From assembly GCA_036645935.1 (NCBI GenBank), contig JAVXNE010000001.1, positions 384,660 to 448,659 of the forward strand: a stretch of DNA of 64,000 nucleotides, given 5' to 3'. The translations under genes and the position numbers were made by a program. Positions 60,516-64,000 of the stretch are shown here, in pieces. This DNA comes from Oscillospiraceae bacterium (lineage in GTDB: Bacteria; Bacillota; Clostridia; Oscillospirales; Ruminococcaceae). Every line of letters begins with the position of its first letter. Position 1 is the stretch's first letter. Under the pieces are notes generated by a model. The model saw only the letters and a program-made list of their open reading frames with translations, had not been told where the DNA came from and searched no databases.

Positions 60516-61712
60516 TCACATGCTTTTTGTTTGCGCAGCTTTTTTTCGCAACTCGGACGGCGAGACACCTTTATGTTTTTTGAACATTTTTGAAAATTGT
60601 GCGTAGTCGCTGTATCCGACAAGTTCGGCGATGCGAGAGAGCGACGTGTCGTCGTGCACAATCAGGCTCTCGGCCTTGTTCATGCGGCATCGCACGAGAT
60701 ACTCGGTGAAACTGCACCCGACTGCTTCCTTGAATCTTCCGCTGAGGTAGGGCGCGCTCACATGCGCGACAAGCGCGAGATCATACAGACGAATTTCTTT
60801 CATATAGTTGTCATCAACATAGCGCCTGACAAATTCGGCGTATCCGACCTCATGCGGAGCACCGCGGCTGCCGGGCAGTGTCGTCGCAAAGTCTGTTGTC
60901 TGTTTGAATGCGCGGGTCGTCTCAAGAATGGCCTGTTCGGTTGGGATTCTGTCGAATGTTGAACCTCCGATATAACCGTTGCAGCAGGTGTTGTCGTAAA
61001 GATAGCGCACGTCCTGAGGAGTGTTCGCTGGGCCGCCGTACACCATTTTTATCACATCCGTGCGCACCTCATCACAGGCGCGAAAAACACTTTCCGCGAG
61101 CAGTCGGGCCCGCTCAATAGGCAAATATTGCTTCGCTCCGACATATCCGCCCTTTGTGAAACCGAGATGCGCGCAGACGACGTCTGCTCCCGCCTGCGCC
61201 ATGCGGCGGGCTTGTTCCTCGTCGCGCACGAACGCGAGAGTGAATAGATCAAGATAGCGGGCGAGGCTTATCGCCTCTATCTCCTTTTCATATGTATTGC
61301 CGTCCTCTTCAAGCGCTTCGCGAAACTGCCCGTCAATCAGACAGACGGTCGGGAAGTTGACTATTCCTGAAAATCCGTTGAGCTTTATGTTGTTGATGTA
61401 ATCATACAGATTGATGAGCGGATCACACGCATTCAGCCCAAAAAGCACCGGGACATCCGCAAGCAACGGAAGCAGCTCTTTTGTTCCCAGCTCGAGCACG
61501 ATATCGTTGCTGTTGCCGAAGCAAAAAAAGCTTGTGAACGAGCTGCGCCCCATGATTCTGAACTTGCCCGCCGACAGCGCGAGTATCAAATCCGCACCGC
61601 CCATAGCGGTGTAACGTGCGGTCATTCCCGAGCCTGCCACCGTTCCGATAACATGTCCCGTAACGCTAATCTGCGCGCCTATTCTTCGCAGAATTTCCTC
61701 TCGTTTCACCAA
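60516..61712 (-). CDS. AraC-family transcriptional regulator with an N-terminal PEP-hydrolase-like TIM-barrel sensor domain
   Basis: The N-terminal 270 aa is paralogous to the 58074-58904 product; the C-terminal AraC HTH pair is YLVRCRMNKAESLI...GYSDYAQFSKMFKKHKGVSPSE. Confidence 0.75.
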   Translation of the reverse strand: MVKREEILRRIGAQISVTGHVIGTVAGSGMTARYTAMGGADLILALSAGKFRIMGRSSFTSFFCFGNSNDIVLELGTKELLPLLADVPVLFGLNACDPLINLYDYINNIKLNGFSGIVNFPTVCLIDGQFREALEEDGNTYEKEIEAISLARYLDLFTLAFVRDEEQARRMAQAGADVVCAHLGFTKGGYVGAKQYLPIERARLLAESVFRACDEVRTDVIKMVYGGPANTPQDVRYLYDNTCCNGYIGGSTFDRIPTEQAILETTRAFKQTTDFATTLPGSRGAPHEVGYAEFVRRYVDDNYMKEIRLYDLALVAHVSAPYLSGRFKEAVGCSFTEYLVRCRMNKAESLIVHDDTSLSRIAELVGYSDYAQFSKMFKKHKGVSPSELRKKAAQTKSM

Positions 61713-61905
61713 AATATCACCCCACTTTTGAGCAAAGTAGTTTGTGCTTTTATCTCTTGTTTTGATTATAACACAATTTTAAGAAAATATTATACAATTT
61801 TGCAACTGCTTCTCGAAGTAAAATCTGCAAAAAAAAACGTCCTGCCTCGGGTTGCCACGAGACCGAACGTCAGACATATTAACTGGATGTCATATTTAAA
61901 TATTG

Positions 61906-62883
61906 TCAGCCAATTGCGCAGCGTGAGCGAACTGCAGACATTTCGCTCTTTGCTATCTCGCGCAGCCGCCCAAAGGAAGAGAATTCCTCGAGTGTGAGTC
62001 CGCGCTCTCCCAGCTTTCTTGCGTCTTGCACGCCTTTTTTGTGGTCGGCGTGATAATCGGAGCCGGCCGAGATTATTTCAAGCCGTTCACCGTATTGACT
62101 GCAGACAAGCTGCTCGATCTCATCTGGCGCAAGATCTCCGGAATAACTCGTTTTATCATAGGTGTAACGCGCCTCAATGCCGTCCAACCCTGCCGCGATC
62201 AGCCTCTCGATGTATGCCGAACGCGTGAGAGCATTGCCGTCTACGGCGACCGGCTCCGCTATCAGAAAAGGATGCGCAAGAATGGCGATTCCGCCGCAGC
62301 GATGTGCCTCGGATATAACATCAATCGGGTTGGGTTTGGGGCGCATTACACAGTAGCGTTCGGTCTGCTTGCAGCGCAGTTTGGCCGCGCTCCAGCTCTC
62401 TGCAAACCCAATTTGGGCGAGGCGCTCGAAAATCAACTTTTTCTGTGTCTGCTCGGGGAGAATGGGATTGCCACCATTATATAGCACATCACCCCATGTT
62501 ATGTTGTAACCGTCCTCATGAATTAACTCAATCAGCTTGCGATAACTATCGATTTTCGAGCGCTGAACCTGTGCTTCAAGCTGCGCGAAGAACGGGTCGC
62601 CCCAGTCGCATCCGAGCACGACAAGATGGACATCTTCAACCTCGGTCTCACATGATATTTCACTGCCACGCAGCACGCTAATCCCTTTGAGCGCGGCGTA
62701 AGCTGCAACTGGTATCTGCGTCCCGTTAACCTCTACCGTTTCGGGAGGGGGGACGTCATGATCGGTTATCGCAATAATTTTCAGCCCGAGTGCCGCCGCG
62801 TTGGAAATCAGTTCTCGCGGTGTGTCACATCCGTCTGATCGAGTTGTATGGCAGTGCAAATCGCACGGATAAGCCGCCGTCAT
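61906..62883 (-). CDS. PHP-domain metal-dependent phosphoesterase
   Basis: CDLHCHTTRSDG and AITDHD PHP motifs; 325 aa. Confidence 0.75.
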   Translation of the reverse strand: MTAAYPCDLHCHTTRSDGCDTPRELISNAAALGLKIIAITDHDVPPPETVEVNGTQIPVAAYAALKGISVLRGSEISCETEVEDVHLVVLGCDWGDPFFAQLEAQVQRSKIDSYRKLIELIHEDGYNITWGDVLYNGGNPILPEQTQKKLIFERLAQIGFAESWSAAKLRCKQTERYCVMRPKPNPIDVISEAHRCGGIAILAHPFLIAEPVAVDGNALTRSAYIERLIAAGLDGIEARYTYDKTSYSGDLAPDEIEQLVCSQYGERLEIISAGSDYHADHKKGVQDARKLGERGLTLEEFSSFGRLREIAKSEMSAVRSRCAIG

Positions 62884-63722
62884 TTCAGCTCGCCTCCGAA
62901 TCTTTTAATGTGTTCAAACACAACTTTCTTTATTCCCTCTCGAGCCGCCGCGTCCAGGTCGAGAGGCTCTGTGGCATGGGGCTGCGCCGCCAGAAATCCG
63001 CGAATAGAATCGTAGTATGCGGCCTTGAGCGCCGTTGAGACATTGACCTTGCATCCACCGCCAAAAATCAACCTCCGAAACGCGTCGTCCGACAAACCCG
63101 TTCCGCCGTGAATAACGACAGGTACGTCTGTATGTTCACGAAGCGTCTCCACCAGTTCAAAATCAATTTTCGGCACTCCCTTATACACGCCGTGTGCCGT
63201 TCCGATTCCCGGTGCAAACGCGTCGATCTCCGACCTTTCGACAAATTTGAGGCAATCGTCAAGCGATATCCGCGACACGTCGCTGTCTTTGGCCGCAACA
63301 TCTTCCTCCACCCCGGCGATTCGGCCCAGCTCCCCCTCGACCACAACACCTGCCTTGTGGGCGTAGCGCGCGACCTCAACACAGAGCGCGATATTTTCAT
63401 CAACTGGAAGCGCCGAGCCGTCAAACATCACCGAATCCCACCCGGCATCGACGCACTCTTTTGCAAGCGCGACGTCACGGCAGTGGTCAAGATGCAAAAA
63501 CACATGCCCTTTTCTTCCATACGCACATGCTCTCACCAAATTTGCAAGGGTTTGCGCGCCGTAGAATTTGACCGTTTTTGTGGACGTCTGAAGGATCACA
63601 TCTGAATCCGCTTCACTCGCAGCATCGACCGCCCCGAGAATGCTCTGCACATTGAAAATGTTGAATGCACCTATAGCACAATTTTCTTTTCGCGCCTGTT
63701 TTAGAGTTTCGATATAATTCAT
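62880..63722 (-). CDS. Class II aldolase (tagatose/fructose-1,6-bisphosphate aldolase family, KbaY/GatY/FbaA-like)
   Basis: LHLDHC, GELGRIAG and VIHGGTG motifs. The ATG at 63722 (MNYIETL) follows a GGAGGAG SD; the track start is an extension. Confidence 0.8.
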   Translation of the reverse strand: MNYIETLKQARKENCAIGAFNIFNVQSILGAVDAASEADSDVILQTSTKTVKFYGAQTLANLVRACAYGRKGHVFLHLDHCRDVALAKECVDAGWDSVMFDGSALPVDENIALCVEVARYAHKAGVVVEGELGRIAGVEEDVAAKDSDVSRISLDDCLKFVERSEIDAFAPGIGTAHGVYKGVPKIDFELVETLREHTDVPVVIHGGTGLSDDAFRRLIFGGGCKVNVSTALKAAYYDSIRGFLAAQPHATEPLDLDAAAREGIKKVVFEHIKRFGGELK

Positions 63723-63907
63723 GGCTTCTCCTCCAGTTTGTGGCAGCTGCGACCGCGTTACCGCGAATGTCAGTTGCCGCGCCGCTTGGGCTCCACGCGA
63801 CCTCGACGCTTTGAGTCGTCGCCGTGCGTTTTCCAACTTCACCCGCTTGTACTTGATTCGTGCTTTTACACCGTTCCATTTTAGGGCTGTTCACTGCTCT
63901 CTGGTCT

Positions 63908-64000
63908 GTTCTTTGGTCTGGCTCTTTGGTCTGGCTCTTTGGTCTGGCTCTTTGGTCTGGCTCTTTGGTCTGGCTCTTTGGTCTGGCTCTTTGGTCTGGC
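63908..64000. repeat. Tandem repeat of a 14-bp unit (CTCTTTGGTCTGGC), at least 7 copies, running off the window end
   Basis: Read directly from the sequence. Confidence 0.8.

Noticed and set aside
63613-63894. 93-aa minus-strand ORF upstream of the aldolase gene
   Set aside because: It overlaps the aldolase N-terminal extension and promoter region and has no SD.

Overview
This 64 kb window appears to come from a Firmicutes/Clostridia-type chromosome of about 55% GC, with most genes on the minus strand and Shine-Dalgarno sites of the AGGAGG type. All calls below are by eye from the sequence and the six-frame track; no searches were run.

In order along the window:
- 1-5038, minus strand: a very large c-di-GMP signalling gene truncated by the window edge. 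It encodes an N-terminal membrane sensor, PAS repeats and two GGDEF domains. The ORF track omits it because its stop codon lies outside the window.
- About 5.7-7.7 kb: a sortase gene followed by a lipoprotein MsrA-MsrB fusion (msrAB).
- 7.98-19.96 kb: a roughly 12 kb minus-strand operon, presumably under the control of the divergent LacI-family regulator at 20352-21359. Its genes encode a FAD-dependent oxidoreductase, a MaoC dehydratase, a family III CoA transferase, a complete Liv-type ABC importer (binding protein, LivH, LivM, LivG, LivF), a Gfo/Idh/MocA oxidoreductase, a zinc alcohol dehydrogenase, KDPG aldolase, KDG kinase and a VOC/glyoxalase-family enzyme.
- 21.7-29.2 kb: a phosphorelay feeding c-di-GMP turnover. 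It comprises a REC-GGDEF(degenerate)-EAL-PAS-REC-GGDEF protein with a cysteine-rich C-terminal domain, a translationally coupled hybrid histidine kinase with two receiver domains, and a stand-alone Hpt protein.
- 29.3-44.1 kb: an accessory, island-like region around tRNA-Arg(ACG). It holds an excisionase-type HTH protein, a GNAT acetyltransferase, a frameshifted ICMT-type methyltransferase pseudogene, an AraC/GyrI-like regulator, DUF554 and TraX membrane proteins, and a decayed MobV/Pre relaxase.
- Within that island, a compact cassette of two WYL/WCX-domain proteins, a tRNA-like non-coding element, an SPFH/Band-7 protein and an RtcB RNA ligase is the best candidate for an undescribed conflict- or RNA-repair-associated system.
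- The island ends with a COG3541 nucleotidyltransferase fragment and lexA, which has a GAAC-N4-GTTT box.
- 44-51 kb: an ABC exporter plus two MBOAT/DltD-like O-acyltransferase pairs arranged DltD-MBOAT-MBOAT-DltD. The two MBOAT genes share a 1,060 bp near-identical direct repeat.
- About 51.5-64 kb: mgsA, a lipoprotein gene, a TlpA-CcdA thiol-disulfide pair, and a roughly 970 bp degenerate pyrimidine-rich tandem-repeat array (TCTCTC...GGG units) next to a small XRE regulator. These are followed by a GNAT gene, a Tm-1-like UPF0261 plus TIM-barrel gene pair, an AraC regulator whose sensor domain is a paralogue of that TIM barrel, a PHP phosphoesterase and a class II aldolase. A 14-bp tandem repeat runs off the 3' edge of the window.
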